DNA of 60,238 nt, counting the filler. It is 6 parts of 6 records of this genome, joined end to end, with 100 filler letters (N's around TTAATTAATTAA, not from the genome) between each part and the next. Parts side by side here need not be neighbours in the genome. Positions count along the whole stretch, not along the records: positions 23,560 to 31,035 come from DRR723986_6915; positions 31,136 to 37,344 come from DRR723986_6919; positions 37,445 to 47,387 come from DRR723986_6923; 3 more parts are not named here. The stretch is one strand, 5' to 3'. Both the position numbers and the translations under genes were made by a program. The stretch's first letter is position 1, and every line of letters begins with the position of its first letter. Under the pieces are notes generated by a model. It did not search any database, was not told the DNA's origin, and saw only the letters and a list, made by a program, of their open reading frames with translations. Below are positions 29,657 through 39,513 of this stretch, piece after piece.

Positions 29657-29673
29657 TGTCCACATGATGGATA
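29657..29673. promoter_or_regulatory. Putative IclR operator 2, overlapping the IclR start codon
   Basis: TGTCCA-catga-TGGATA, second copy of the same motif. Confidence 0.65.
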
Positions 29674-30488
29674 TGCGTGAGATCAACGGCAAGGATGCGG
29701 GCGGGGCGCAAAGCGTCGACCGCGCGCTGGGTCTGCTGTCGCTGATCGGGCAAGGCGGCGGCGCGCCGGTGCCGATGGCGCGGCTGACGGAGGCCACCGG
29801 CCTCAGCCGCCCCACCGTGCGGCGCCTGATGCTGGCGCTGATGCGCGCGGGTTTCGTCGTGCAGGACGAGGGCAGCCGGGGCTACGCGCCGGGGCCGGAA
29901 AGCTATGTGCTGGGGCTGATGGCGCGGCGGCGGCTGGACGTGGTGAAGGTCGCGATGGACAGCCTCGTGCGGCTCGCCGAGGAAAGCGAGGAAAACACCT
30001 ATCTTTCGCTGCGGCGGGGGGCCTACTCGCTCTGCGCCCACCGCGAAGAGGGCAGCTATCCGATCCGCACGCAGGCGCTGAAGACCGGCGACCGTCACCC
30101 GCTGGGCGTTGGCGCGGGCGCCATGGCCATCCTTGCCGCCCTGCCCGATTGCGAACGGGCGCGGGTGCTGGACACCATCGGCCCGCTGCTGGCCGAGCGG
30201 TATCCCGGCTATACGCCCGAGGTCGTCGCCTCCAGCATTGCCGATGCGCAGGCAAGGGGCTGGGCGCTGAATCCCGGCCTCTACCTGTCGGATTCCTGGG
30301 CCATCGGCATGGCCGTGCGTGCCCCCGGTTTCGACGGCCAGCCCGGAGAGGTCCTGGCCGCCATATCCATCGCCGCCATCGACCGGCGGCTGGGCCCCGA
30401 CCGTCAGGACCACCTTGCCGCCCTGCTGCGGCGCGAGGTCGCCCGGATCGAGGCCCTGATAGAAATTCAGTTGCAGGGGCGGCCCTGA
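29664..30488 (+). CDS. IclR family transcriptional regulator
   Basis: QSVDRAL, GLSRPTVRRL HTH, GDRHPLGVGAG effector domain. Confidence 0.93.
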   Translation: MMDMREINGKDAGGAQSVDRALGLLSLIGQGGGAPVPMARLTEATGLSRPTVRRLMLALMRAGFVVQDEGSRGYAPGPESYVLGLMARRRLDVVKVAMDSLVRLAEESEENTYLSLRRGAYSLCAHREEGSYPIRTQALKTGDRHPLGVGAGAMAILAALPDCERARVLDTIGPLLAERYPGYTPEVVASSIADAQARGWALNPGLYLSDSWAIGMAVRAPGFDGQPGEVLAAISIAAIDRRLGPDRQDHLAALLRREVARIEALIEIQLQGRP

Positions 30489-30513
30489 CCGCCGCCCGAG
30501 GGAGGACAGAACC

Positions 30514-31035
30514 ATGACAGAACACCCGCAGATCGTCGGCTGGGCGCATTCGAAGTTCGGCAAGGCGCCCGAAGAGACCCTCGTCGCGCTGATGCAATCG
30601 GTGGTGCCGGACGCGCTGGCCCATGCGGGGATCGGCGCGCAGGACGTCGACGGCATCTTCGTCGGCACCTACAACAACGGCTTCTCCAAGCAGGCCTTCG
30701 AGGGCGCGCTGGTCGGCATGGCCGTGCCCGAACTGGCGCATGTCCCCGCCGTCCACATGGAAAACGCCTGCGCCACCGGGTCGGCGGCGCTATACGGGGC
30801 GCTCGATTTCATCGCCGCGGGGCGCGGCAAGGTGGCCCTCGTGGTCGGCGCCGAGAAGATGACCGCCACCCCCGGCGCGCAGATCGGCGACATCCTGATG
30901 ACCGCAGCCTGGGGCGAGGAGGAAAGCAGCGACGCGGGCTTTGCCGGTGTCTTCGGCCAGATCGCGGACGGCTATTTCCAGCGTTACGGCGACAACTCGA
31001 TGGAACTGGCGATGATCGCCGCCAAGAACCATGCC
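30514..31035 (+). CDS. Thiolase-family acetyl-CoA acyltransferase (SCP2-like type), 3'-truncated
   Basis: HSKFG, ENACATGSAA, VGAEKM, AKNH. Confidence 0.9.
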
Positions 31036-31135
31036 NNNNNNNNNNNNNNNNNNNNNNNNNNNNNNNNNNNNNNNNNNNNTTAATTAATTAANNNNNNNNN
31101 NNNNNNNNNNNNNNNNNNNNNNNNNNNNNNNNNNN
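31036..31135. other. Artificial contig spacer
   Basis: N44-TTAATTAATTAA-N44. Confidence 0.99.
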
Positions 31136-31136
31136 G

Positions 31137-31541
31137 ATGATCATGCCCGTGATGGTGCTGGCGCTGCAAACCACCGCCCAGATCAGCCGCTATATGCGCG
31201 GTGCGATGCTGGACAACCTCAATCAGGACTATGTGCGCACAGCCCGTGCCAAGGGCCTGCGCGAGGGCGTGGTGGTCATGGTGCATGTGCTGCGCAACTC
31301 GATGATCCCGGTTGTCACCGTGATTGCCCTTGGCATGCCCGCGATCTTTGGCGGTGCGATCATCACCGAGAACGTGTTCAAGGTGAACGGCATCGGCCAG
31401 CTTCTGCTGACCGCGCTTTTTGCCAATGATCTGCCGATGGTGATGACCCTGACCTTTATCTTCGCCATCCTGATCGTTCTGTTTAACCTGATTGCCGACG
31501 TCCTCTATGGCGCGCTTGACCCGAGGATCCGCTATGACTGA
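31137..31541 (+). CDS. Peptide ABC transporter permease (OppB-like), 5'-truncated
   Basis: DYVRTARAKGL, GAIITE, LDPRIRY. Confidence 0.92.
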   Translation: MIMPVMVLALQTTAQISRYMRGAMLDNLNQDYVRTARAKGLREGVVVMVHVLRNSMIPVVTVIALGMPAIFGGAIITENVFKVNGIGQLLLTALFANDLPMVMTLTFIFAILIVLFNLIADVLYGALDPRIRYD

Positions 31542-32532
31542 GCAACCTATCCCCGCAAGCCCCATCGAGGCCGATATCGAGACCTTTGGCGCGCTCACCG
31601 ACAAAGAGCCGCAAAAGCCGCCGCGCAGCCAGTGGCGTGATGTCTGGGACCAGTTCCGCAAACACAAAGGCGCGGTCTTTGGTGGGGGGTTCCTGATCTT
31701 CATCACCTTTGCCGTGATCTTTGGCCCCTATCTGTGGGACGTGGATCCCAAGGGGCTTGATATTCGCAACAAGAACTGGCGCCCGGTCTACACCCTGCTG
31801 TGGGACGCTGACGCCAAGGCCGGTTGGGCGCATCCCTTTGGCACCGATCAATTGGGCCGCGACATCATGGCCCAAATGATTGCCGGTGGCCGTGTGTCCA
31901 TGTCCGTTGGCTGGCTGGCCATGGGTCTGGCGCTGGTGATTGGCACCGCGATTGGCGTGGTCGCTGGCTACTTCAAGCGGCTGGATTTCTGGCTGATGCG
32001 CTTTACCGATCTGGTGCTGTCGCTGCCGATCTTGCCACTGGTTCTGTTGGCCGTAACCCTGTTTCGCCAGCCGCTGAACTCGCGCTTTGGGCCAGAGGGC
32101 GGCATGTTCATCCTGATCGTTGCGGTGATCGGCCTGACCTCATGGATGCAAACCGCGCGGATCGTGCGCGGCGACATTCTGGCGCTCAAGGAACGCGAGT
32201 TCATCCTCGCCGCCCGTTCTATCGGGACCACCTCGGGCAAGATCATCCGCCGCCACCTGCTGCCCAATGTGATCTCGCCCATCATGGTGTCCGCCACCCT
32301 TGGCCTTGCCACCGCGATCATCACCGAAAGCGCGCTCAGCTTTCTCGGTGTTGGCTTCCCGTCGGACTACCCGACATGGGGCAAGCTGCTCGCGGATGCG
32401 GTGCAGCGGATGCAGGACTTCCCCGAGCGTGTTTTGCTGCCGGGCATCGCGATCTCTCTGACGGTGCTGAGCGTGAACTATCTTGGCGATGGCCTGCGCG
32501 ATGCGCTTGATCCACGGATCCGCGGCCGATAG
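31534..32532 (+). CDS. Peptide ABC transporter permease (OppC-like)
   Basis: HPFGTDQLGRD, EFILAARSIG, ESALSFLG, GDGLRDALDP. Confidence 0.94.
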   Translation: MTEQPIPASPIEADIETFGALTDKEPQKPPRSQWRDVWDQFRKHKGAVFGGGFLIFITFAVIFGPYLWDVDPKGLDIRNKNWRPVYTLLWDADAKAGWAHPFGTDQLGRDIMAQMIAGGRVSMSVGWLAMGLALVIGTAIGVVAGYFKRLDFWLMRFTDLVLSLPILPLVLLAVTLFRQPLNSRFGPEGGMFILIVAVIGLTSWMQTARIVRGDILALKEREFILAARSIGTTSGKIIRRHLLPNVISPIMVSATLGLATAIITESALSFLGVGFPSDYPTWGKLLADAVQRMQDFPERVLLPGIAISLTVLSVNYLGDGLRDALDPRIRGR

Positions 32533-32595
32533 GCAAATAAGGATCAACGCGCCGACCCCGGCGCGTTGAGCTGAACAACGTTCTGACAAATCAAC

Positions 32596-32631
32596 AAAGG
32601 GTGGAGGATGTTTTGATCCTCCACCCTTTTT
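32596..32631 (+). terminator. Intrinsic terminator after oppC
   Basis: AAAGGGTGGAGGAT-gttttg-ATCCTCCACCCTTTTT; preceded by another hairpin at 32544-32569. Confidence 0.8.
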
Positions 32632-32737
32632 CAGAACAAAATCCCACCCAATAGCCATCGATCACATTCTCATATGCTTGATTGGCAATGTATATCGCGC
32701 CAAATGGGAAAATATTCCGATTTTGGAGATTACGGCG

Positions 32738-33811
32738 ATGTTTGAGTCTTTTGGCTTTGAAGAAACCACCGCGCGGCAGGCGTCTGTTCTGCTGGCGGCG
32801 ATCATTGGTCTGGTGTTTGGCGTTCTGGCACAGCGCACCAAGTTCTGTTTCCGCCGGTCTTTGGTTGGCGAAGACCGCCGTGCCGCAGGCGGCGTCTGGT
32901 TGATGGCATTGGCATTCGCACTGGTCGGCACCCAAGGCGCGGTTGCCGCCGAATGGATCAGCTTTGACGAACACCGCTTTATGTCCTCTGCCCTGCCCAT
33001 TCTCGCCATCGCCGCCGGTGGCCTGCTGTTTGGCGCAGGCATGGTGCTGACACGTGGCTGTATCTCTCGGCTGACGGTTCTCTCCGGCTCTGGCAACCTG
33101 CGTGCGGCGCTGGTGGTGCTGGTCTTTGCCCTGGTGGCCCATATGACGCTGAAGGGCGTTCTGGCCCCTCTGCGCGTGGCTCTGGGCAGCGTCACTGTTG
33201 AGATGGGTGATTACATCAGCCTCGCCGCCCTGCCCGGCGGCGCATGGGTCTGGACCGGCCTGATTGTCATGGTCGCCCTGATCTTTGCCCTTCAGTCCGG
33301 CAATCCGGTTGGGCAATTGGTGATGGCGGCCTTGATCGGCCTTTTGGTGCCTGCCGCATGGGTCGGCACCGGCTTTGTCCTCTTTGACGATTTCGACCCC
33401 ATCGCGATGGAAAGCCTGTCATTCACCTCTCCGGCATCGGAAACCCTGTTCTGGAGCATCGCCAGCAGTTCGATCCCCGCCGGTTTCGGAACCGGCCTTC
33501 TGGGCGGCGTGTTTGTCGGCGCCTTGCTGGCCAGCCTGCTATTTGGCGGCTTCCAATGGCAAAGCTTTGAAGCGCCGCGTCAGACGGGGCGTTACCTGCT
33601 GGGTGCGGCCCTGATGGGCGTTGGCGGTGTATTGGCCGGCGGCTGTACCCTTGGCGCGGGCCTGTCAGGTGTGCCGACACTCTCTGTGGCCGCCATTCTC
33701 GCAATTGTGATGATTGCGGTCGGGGCCAAAGTGACCCACGCCCTGCTCAGCCAAGACGCTTACGCAGACGCCGCACCATCCACCAAACAGCCCCCACTAC
33801 CGGCAGAGTGA
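32738..33811 (+). CDS. YeeE/YedE family sulfur-compound (thiosulfate) transporter
   Basis: FCFRR, GMVLTRGC, LAGGCTLG Cys motifs; multi-TM. Confidence 0.9.
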   Translation: MFESFGFEETTARQASVLLAAIIGLVFGVLAQRTKFCFRRSLVGEDRRAAGGVWLMALAFALVGTQGAVAAEWISFDEHRFMSSALPILAIAAGGLLFGAGMVLTRGCISRLTVLSGSGNLRAALVVLVFALVAHMTLKGVLAPLRVALGSVTVEMGDYISLAALPGGAWVWTGLIVMVALIFALQSGNPVGQLVMAALIGLLVPAAWVGTGFVLFDDFDPIAMESLSFTSPASETLFWSIASSSIPAGFGTGLLGGVFVGALLASLLFGGFQWQSFEAPRQTGRYLLGAALMGVGGVLAGGCTLGAGLSGVPTLSVAAILAIVMIAVGAKVTHALLSQDAYADAAPSTKQPPLPAE

Positions 33812-35030
33812 TCAACGAGATGAGCATGCCTTTGCTCATCTCCATCACCCCCGCCAATGGATAGAGCAAATACCCGGTGAGCGAGACCGCGTAATAGCTG
33901 ATCGCCACAACCGAAAGCCCCTCAACGGTATGTTGCAACCGCAACTGCAAATCGGCGCGGCGGTCCATACTGGCCAGAATGGCCTGGTTCTGGGCCGAGC
34001 GTTCCACATCCACCCGCGTCCTGAGCAACTCACTGGCACGGATCGCCCGCGCCGATGTCTCCTTGAGCCGCGCCTCGGTGGATTGCACGGTGCGCATCGC
34101 AGGCTCATAGCGGCGCATCATAAATTCGCCAAAGCCTTGCCGCCCCATGAACCGCGACTCCCGCAGCGCCAGGATGCGCTGGTTGACCAAGGCCTGATAG
34201 GCCCCCGTCGCGCCCAACCGGTAGGCCGATTGCACCGACAACGTCTCAAGTTCAACCGAGATATCCAAAAGCGCATGCAGCGTGTCCTCCGCCACCGCTG
34301 AGGATCCGCGCATCTGCGCCATCAGATCGGTCAACTTGCTATCAAGCCGGTTCAGCTGCGGCGACATTTCCTTGACCATCGCAAAGCCAAGCATCGAAGC
34401 CGCCTTGTAGGTCTCGATCTCGCAAAGCCGCTGCAAAATACGTCCGATGCGGCGTTTGCCTGTGGTCTCGGCCGTGAAGATTGCCATGCGCAGATGGCCC
34501 GCCGGATCAATCCGGAAATCGGTGGCCACCACGGCAGCCCCCTCCAGCACCGTGGCCACCGCAAGGCTTTCTGGCACAAACCAATTGCGCAGCTGAGCGG
34601 CGATGGCTGTGTCTTCCTCGAGGCGCGGCATCAACCGCAGCAGCGCCGATGTGATGCGCCCGCCCGGCACGGCCTCAAGCCAATAGTCGGGGAAAACATC
34701 AAACTCCGTCGGATCAAAGGGCCGGTCCGACACGTTTTGCGAAAACACCGTGTAGGTCACAAATTCCGTATGCTGTTCCCACTTGAGCCAGTATTTCCCC
34801 ATCTCGCCGTAGTAATGCGTGGCATCCGCACCGGGATGCGGCGCACCGTAATGATCCAGCAACGCCACCAAATGCGCGTGATCGGCGCTGCGGTCCCGCT
34901 TGGCCGGATCGGGTGAGGGCTGGATCGCCAGAAACACCGCCGTTGAGGGCGCTGCAAGCGATGGAAAGGGCCGCGCATGAAGCTCCCCCGAAAGGGCATA
35001 GCGGTTGGGGTGGTCTTTGATCGGGGCCAT
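33747..35030 (-). CDS. DUF3422 family membrane-anchored protein
   Basis: ELHARPF, KWEQHTEF, RLCEIETY, LRTRVD, VEGLSVVAISYY. Confidence 0.88.
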   Translation of the reverse strand: MAPIKDHPNRYALSGELHARPFPSLAAPSTAVFLAIQPSPDPAKRDRSADHAHLVALLDHYGAPHPGADATHYYGEMGKYWLKWEQHTEFVTYTVFSQNVSDRPFDPTEFDVFPDYWLEAVPGGRITSALLRLMPRLEEDTAIAAQLRNWFVPESLAVATVLEGAAVVATDFRIDPAGHLRMAIFTAETTGKRRIGRILQRLCEIETYKAASMLGFAMVKEMSPQLNRLDSKLTDLMAQMRGSSAVAEDTLHALLDISVELETLSVQSAYRLGATGAYQALVNQRILALRESRFMGRQGFGEFMMRRYEPAMRTVQSTEARLKETSARAIRASELLRTRVDVERSAQNQAILASMDRRADLQLRLQHTVEGLSVVAISYYAVSLTGYLLYPLAGVMEMSKGMLISLITLPVVGAVWWMVRRLRKRLG

Positions 35031-35162
35031 AGGTCAAATCCGGGCAGTCGGGGACATTTCGCCCACCATAGGGAAATTTTCCGGCCTGAATAGAGAAAAA
35101 TGTTATAAATCAGCACCTTGGCGGTGTACTTCGGTATACTGAAAACCAATGGCTTGCCGTTA

Positions 35163-35633
35163 TCACGCCCCTGACGCCCGAAAGACCCAAAGCGCCCGAC
35201 CGCAAAAGACCCCCGAAACAATGGACAGCAGCGCGGCAAATCCAAACTGAAACAAAGCCATAGTCAAAACCTCCGGCGCCACTTCAGACACCAGACCAAC
35301 GACAAAGTTTCCTGCAAAAACGCTCATCATCAAAATCAGCGTCATCGGCTCTCCCGCCAGTTCAACCCGGTTGCCGTCCCGCGCAATCAACCAACGCTTT
35401 TGCACCGCCATGCCAGTTCTGACGCCTAGGGCCGCAAAGACAGCAAACACCGCCCAAATCCACGCGTCTGCTGGCAGCGCGGCAATGGCCCGGATGCCAA
35501 GCACACCTAAAAGCGGGATCACATAGATCAGCGCCACAGGCACCCGCCGGCGCTGCATGGACCGGAGCCCCACGACGAGCAACAAAAAGAACAGTGGGAA
35601 CACCCAAAGCGGGATATTGGCGAGAATGGTCAT
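35163..35633 (-). CDS. Hypothetical membrane protein (DUF6622-like)
   Basis: IPLWVFPLF start, five hydrophobic segments, C-terminal GR motif. Confidence 0.7.
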   Translation of the reverse strand: MTILANIPLWVFPLFFLLLVVGLRSMQRRRVPVALIYVIPLLGVLGIRAIAALPADAWIWAVFAVFAALGVRTGMAVQKRWLIARDGNRVELAGEPMTLILMMSVFAGNFVVGLVSEVAPEVLTMALFQFGFAALLSIVSGVFCGRALWVFRASGA

Positions 35634-35776
35634 AACGGCTCCTGTGCGCGATGTGTCTTGGGGCCGGTTTTCAGGATCTGCGGTAGGCTGTGCAATGCCG
35701 CTTGCGCCAGCAGCCCCGCAAAGACGTGAACAGCCCGCAGTGTTGTTCGCGCAGCGTCAATGACACGGCCTGCGCC

Positions 35777-35812
35777 AAAGAAAAACGCCCCACCATTTCT
35801 GGCAGGGCGTTT
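35777..35812 (-). terminator. Intrinsic terminator after pntB
   Basis: AAACGCCC...GGGCGTTT with an A-run giving a U tract on the minus strand. Confidence 0.7.
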
Positions 35813-35825
35813 GATCTGAATGCAC

Positions 35826-35870
35826 CGGAATTTTTCAAAAATTCCGCACCGTTTTCTTTGAAAGAAAACG
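35826..35870. repeat. Tandem pair of 21-bp palindromes (REP-like)
   Basis: CGGAATTTTT-C-AAAAATTCCG, cac, CGTTTTCTTT-G-AAAGAAAACG. Confidence 0.8.
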
Positions 35871-37304
35871 TCAGTCGATCATCGGCAACAGTTTGTCCAA
35901 AGACGCTTTGGCATCGCCATAGAACATCCGCGTGTTGTCTTTAAAGAACAACGGGTTCTCGATCCCGGAATAGCCCGTGCCCTGCCCGCGTTTGGACACG
36001 AACACCTGCTTGGCCTTCCAGCATTCCAGAACCGGCATACCGGCGATTGGGCTGTTCGGATCATCCTGTGCTGCCGGGTTCACGATGTCGTTGGAGCCGA
36101 TCACGATTGCCACGTCAGTATCGGGGAAATCATCATTGATCTCATCCATCTCCATCACGATGTCATAAGGCACCTTAGCCTCGGCCAGCAGCACGTTCAT
36201 GTGGCCCGGCAAACGCCCCGCAACGGGGTGAATGGCGAAACGCACATTCTTGCCCTTGGCGCGCAGCTTTTTCACCAGCTCAGACACCGCTTGCTGGGCT
36301 TGCGCCACCGCCATGCCGTAACCGGGGATGATGATCACGCTGTCGGCCTCGTTCAAGGCCGCTGCAACGCCATCCGCTTCAATCGCGATCTGTTCGCCCT
36401 CAACCGCCATCTGCTCGCCTGCGGGGCCACCAAAGCCGCCCAGGATCACGCTGATGAACGACCGGTTCATCGCCTTACACATGATATAGCTCAGGATCGC
36501 ACCGGAGGAGCCGACCAGCGCACCAACCACGATCAACAGATCATTGCCGAGGCTAAAGCCGATCGCCGCCGCGGCCCAACCGGAGTAGGAGTTCAGCATC
36601 GAAACAACCACCGGCATGTCCGCGCCGCCAATCCCCATAATCAGGTGATAGCCGATAAACAGCGCCGCCAGTGTCATCAGGAACAGCGGGAAGAAACCGC
36701 CGGTGTTGAAGTACCAGATCAGACAGATCAGCGACAGGATTGCCGCCGCCGCATTGAGGATGTGACCACCGGGCAGTTTGGTCGCGGCAGAGTTCACCCG
36801 CCCCGCCAGCTTGCCATAGGCGATGACAGAGCCTGTGAATGTGACCGCACCAATAAAGATACCAAGGAACAGCTCAACCCGCAGGATGGCGATCTCAACA
36901 CCGTCTTTCTTGGCCAAAAGCGCGGCAAAGCCTTCGGTCGCTTTCTTTGCGGCGTCGTCCATCGCCATCACATTGCCCAGCTCAAAATGGGCGTTGAAGC
37001 CGACAAAAACCGCTGCGAGACCCACCAAAGAGTGCATCGCCGCCACCAGTTCCGGCATCTGGGTCATCTGAACCCGCGTGGCCAGCTGATACCCGATGGC
37101 ACCGCCACCGGCGATCAGGACCAGAGACAAAAGCCAAAAGCCCGAGCCCGGCCCGATCAATGTGGCCGCAACCGCCAGCGCCATGCCGACAATCCCGTAC
37201 CAGACCGCGCGTTTGGCGCTTTCCTGTCCAGACAGCCCGCCAAGGCTGAGAATGAATAGAACGGCCGCAACGACGTAAGCTGCTGTTGTAAAACCAAAAT
37301 CCAT
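35871..37304 (-). CDS. pntB: NAD(P) transhydrogenase beta subunit
   Basis: [41 protein letters not shown]. Confidence 0.98.
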   Translation of the reverse strand: MDFGFTTAAYVVAAVLFILSLGGLSGQESAKRAVWYGIVGMALAVAATLIGPGSGFWLLSLVLIAGGGAIGYQLATRVQMTQMPELVAAMHSLVGLAAVFVGFNAHFELGNVMAMDDAAKKATEGFAALLAKKDGVEIAILRVELFLGIFIGAVTFTGSVIAYGKLAGRVNSAATKLPGGHILNAAAAILSLICLIWYFNTGGFFPLFLMTLAALFIGYHLIMGIGGADMPVVVSMLNSYSGWAAAAIGFSLGNDLLIVVGALVGSSGAILSYIMCKAMNRSFISVILGGFGGPAGEQMAVEGEQIAIEADGVAAALNEADSVIIIPGYGMAVAQAQQAVSELVKKLRAKGKNVRFAIHPVAGRLPGHMNVLLAEAKVPYDIVMEMDEINDDFPDTDVAIVIGSNDIVNPAAQDDPNSPIAGMPVLECWKAKQVFVSKRGQGTGYSGIENPLFFKDNTRMFYGDAKASLDKLLPMID

Positions 37305-37316
37305 GAACCCGCTCCC

Positions 37317-37343
37317 TTAAGATTTCTGGAACATGGCGAGCAT
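37317..37343 (-). CDS. pntA: NAD(P) transhydrogenase alpha subunit, C-terminal fragment
   Basis: MLAMFQKS-stop directly upstream of pntB. Confidence 0.8.
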   Translation of the reverse strand: MLAMFQKS

Positions 37344-37344
37344 G

Positions 37345-37444
37345 NNNNNNNNNNNNNNNNNNNNNNNNNNNNNNNNNNNNNNNNNNNNTTAATTAATTAA
37401 NNNNNNNNNNNNNNNNNNNNNNNNNNNNNNNNNNNNNNNNNNNN
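37345..37444. other. Artificial contig spacer
   Basis: N44-TTAATTAATTAA-N44. Confidence 0.99.
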
Positions 37445-37445
37445 G

Positions 37446-37748
37446 CCTTGGCATGCGCAGGTTTTTGCGCTGACGGTGCATTTGCACGAAAGGGGGCTGT
37501 TTACCTGGCCCGATTGGGCGGCGCGGTTTGGCGCCACCCTAGCGCGTCACGGGCTGGCGCGCAGCCTGGATGGCGGCGACGACTATTTTGTCGCATGGCT
37601 GGAGACGCTGGAAAGCTGGCTGGCCGAGGCGGCGCTGGCCCGCCCAGACCAGCTAGAGGCGCTGCGCGCGGCATGGCAGGCGGCGTATCTGTCTACCCCT
37701 CACGGTGCGCCTGTTCACCTGCCCGCAGGCACCCTAGCCGATAGCTGA
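37446..37748 (+). CDS. Nitrile hydratase accessory protein (P14K-like), 5'-truncated
   Basis: PWHAQVFALTVHLHERGLFTW, DYFVAWLETLE, AYLSTPHG. Confidence 0.85.
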   Translation, partial: PWHAQVFALTVHLHERGLFTWPDWAARFGATLARHGLARSLDGGDDYFVAWLETLESWLAEAALARPDQLEALRAAWQAAYLSTPHGAPVHLPAGTLADS

Positions 37749-37871
37749 GCATCGTGAATTATCGCACCCCTGTGATGGCGGGGTGGGGGCGAGAGGTGAA
37801 TTTCCGGTTTCGCTGGCGCGCGGGCGTCGTTATACGGTCACGGGTTTCAGCCGTCAGGAAGGATCTTTGGC

Positions 37872-39167
37872 ATGGCAAATGTTGTGGTCGTGGGCGCACA
37901 ATGGGGCGACGAAGGCAAGGGTAAGCTGGTTGATTGGCTGTCCGAGCGCGCCGATGTGATCTGCCGCTTTCAGGGTGGGCACAATGCGGGCCACACGCTG
38001 GTTATTGATGGCAAAGTATACAAGCTGAACGCGCTGCCCTCGGGTGTGGTGCGGGGTGGCAAGCTGTCGGTCATCGGCAATGGCGTGGTGCTGGACCCGT
38101 GGCACCTGGTGCAGGAAATCGCCAAAATTCAGGCGGAAGGTGTTGAAATTTCACCACAAACCCTGATGATTGCGGAAAACACGCCGTTGATTTTGCCGAT
38201 CCATGGCGAACTTGACCGCGCCCGCGAAGAAGCGGCCATGAGCGGCACCAAGATCGGCACAACCGGGCGCGGCATTGGCCCGGCTTACGAAGATAAAGTG
38301 GGCCGGCGCGCCGTGCGCGTGGCCGATTTGGCCGACGAGCAAACCCTGATCGCGCGGGTCGATCGCGCGCTACAGCACCACGACCCGCTGCGCCGTGGTT
38401 TGGGAATCGATCCGGTTGATCGCGATGCGCTGATTGCGCAGCTGAAAGAGATTGCGCCGCATATCCTGCCCTATGCCGCCCCCGTGTGGAAGGTGCTGAT
38501 GGAAAAGCGCAAGGCAGGCAAACGGATTTTGTTCGAGGGCGCCCAAGGGGCGCTGTTGGATATCGATTTTGGCACATATCCTTTCGTGACCTCGTCGAAT
38601 GTGATCGCCGGGCAGGCGGCAACGGGCGTGGGCATGGGGCCTGGCTCGATCGATTATGTTTTGGGTATCGTAAAGGCCTATACCACCCGCGTGGGCGAGG
38701 GGCCGTTCCCGACCGAGCTGTTTGACGAAGATGGCAACCGCCTTGGCACCCGCGGGCACGAATTTGGCACTGTCACCGGGCGCAAGCGCCGCTGTGGCTG
38801 GTTTGATGCCGCCTTGGTGCGCCAAACCTGTGCCACATCGGGGGTGAATGGGATTGCACTGACCAAGCTGGATGTGCTCGATGGGTTTGAAACCCTGAAA
38901 ATCTGTGTGGGCTACGAGCTGGATGGCACGCGGCTGGATTACCTGCCAATGGCCGCCGAGGCGCAGCAGCGCTGCGTGCCCATTTACGAGGAAATGGACG
39001 GGTGGTCAGAATCGACCGAAGGGGCGCGCTCGTGGGCGGAGCTGCCGGCCAATGCCATAAAATATGTGCGCCGCGTGGAAGAGTTGATCGAATGCCCCGT
39101 TGCGCTACTTTCTACCTCGCCAGAACGGGATGACACAATTTTGGTCACCGATCCGTTCGCAGATTGA
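37872..39167 (+). CDS. purA: Adenylosuccinate synthetase
   Basis: [39 protein letters not shown]. Confidence 0.99.
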   Translation: MANVVVVGAQWGDEGKGKLVDWLSERADVICRFQGGHNAGHTLVIDGKVYKLNALPSGVVRGGKLSVIGNGVVLDPWHLVQEIAKIQAEGVEISPQTLMIAENTPLILPIHGELDRAREEAAMSGTKIGTTGRGIGPAYEDKVGRRAVRVADLADEQTLIARVDRALQHHDPLRRGLGIDPVDRDALIAQLKEIAPHILPYAAPVWKVLMEKRKAGKRILFEGAQGALLDIDFGTYPFVTSSNVIAGQAATGVGMGPGSIDYVLGIVKAYTTRVGEGPFPTELFDEDGNRLGTRGHEFGTVTGRKRRCGWFDAALVRQTCATSGVNGIALTKLDVLDGFETLKICVGYELDGTRLDYLPMAAEAQQRCVPIYEEMDGWSESTEGARSWAELPANAIKYVRRVEELIECPVALLSTSPERDDTILVTDPFAD

Positions 39168-39195
39168 TACACAGGCTACAGCGGGGCAGGGCAGC

Positions 39196-39456
39196 ATGGC
39201 ACTAAGCTACAAGGCGCGCAGACGGTGGGCATTGGTGATTTTGCTGATTGGCATGCCTGCCTATATCGTCGCCGCTGTCAGCGTGGTGAATATGATCGAG
39301 CGCCCCTCGATCTGGGTTGAGCTGCTGGTTTACGTGGCGCTGGGCATCGTTTGGGCGCTGCCGTTCAAATTTATCTTTCGCGGGGTTGGCCAAGCCGACC
39401 CCGACGCCCCAGAAACCGACGCCCCTAACCCCGGCGACACCCACCCGCATAACTAG
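39196..39456 (+). CDS. DUF2842 family small membrane protein
   Basis: MALSYKARRRW, two TMs, WALP, GVGQADPD. Confidence 0.8.
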   Translation: MALSYKARRRWALVILLIGMPAYIVAAVSVVNMIERPSIWVELLVYVALGIVWALPFKFIFRGVGQADPDAPETDAPNPGDTHPHN

Positions 39457-39513
39457 AAAATTCGCCCAAAAGGCGTTTTGCGGCACCGCTTTGCTGGGGG
39501 GCTGGCAGTGGGC

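Noticed and set aside
26731-30756. Antisense ORFs of 452, 390 and 317 aa opposite the TRAP and iclR genes
   Set aside because: Mirror ORFs of GC-biased genes with no recognisable domains.
32660-32720. Possible SqrR/BigR operator before yeeE
   Set aside because: AT-rich, but no ATTC-N8-GAAT match.
36201-37259. 352-aa ORF antisense to pntB
   Set aside because: Antisense shadow of a highly conserved gene.
37446-39167. Nitrile hydratase accessory gene next to purA as a novel association
   Set aside because: As I recall, nth genes lie next to purA in Roseobacter-group genomes; treated as ordinary synteny.
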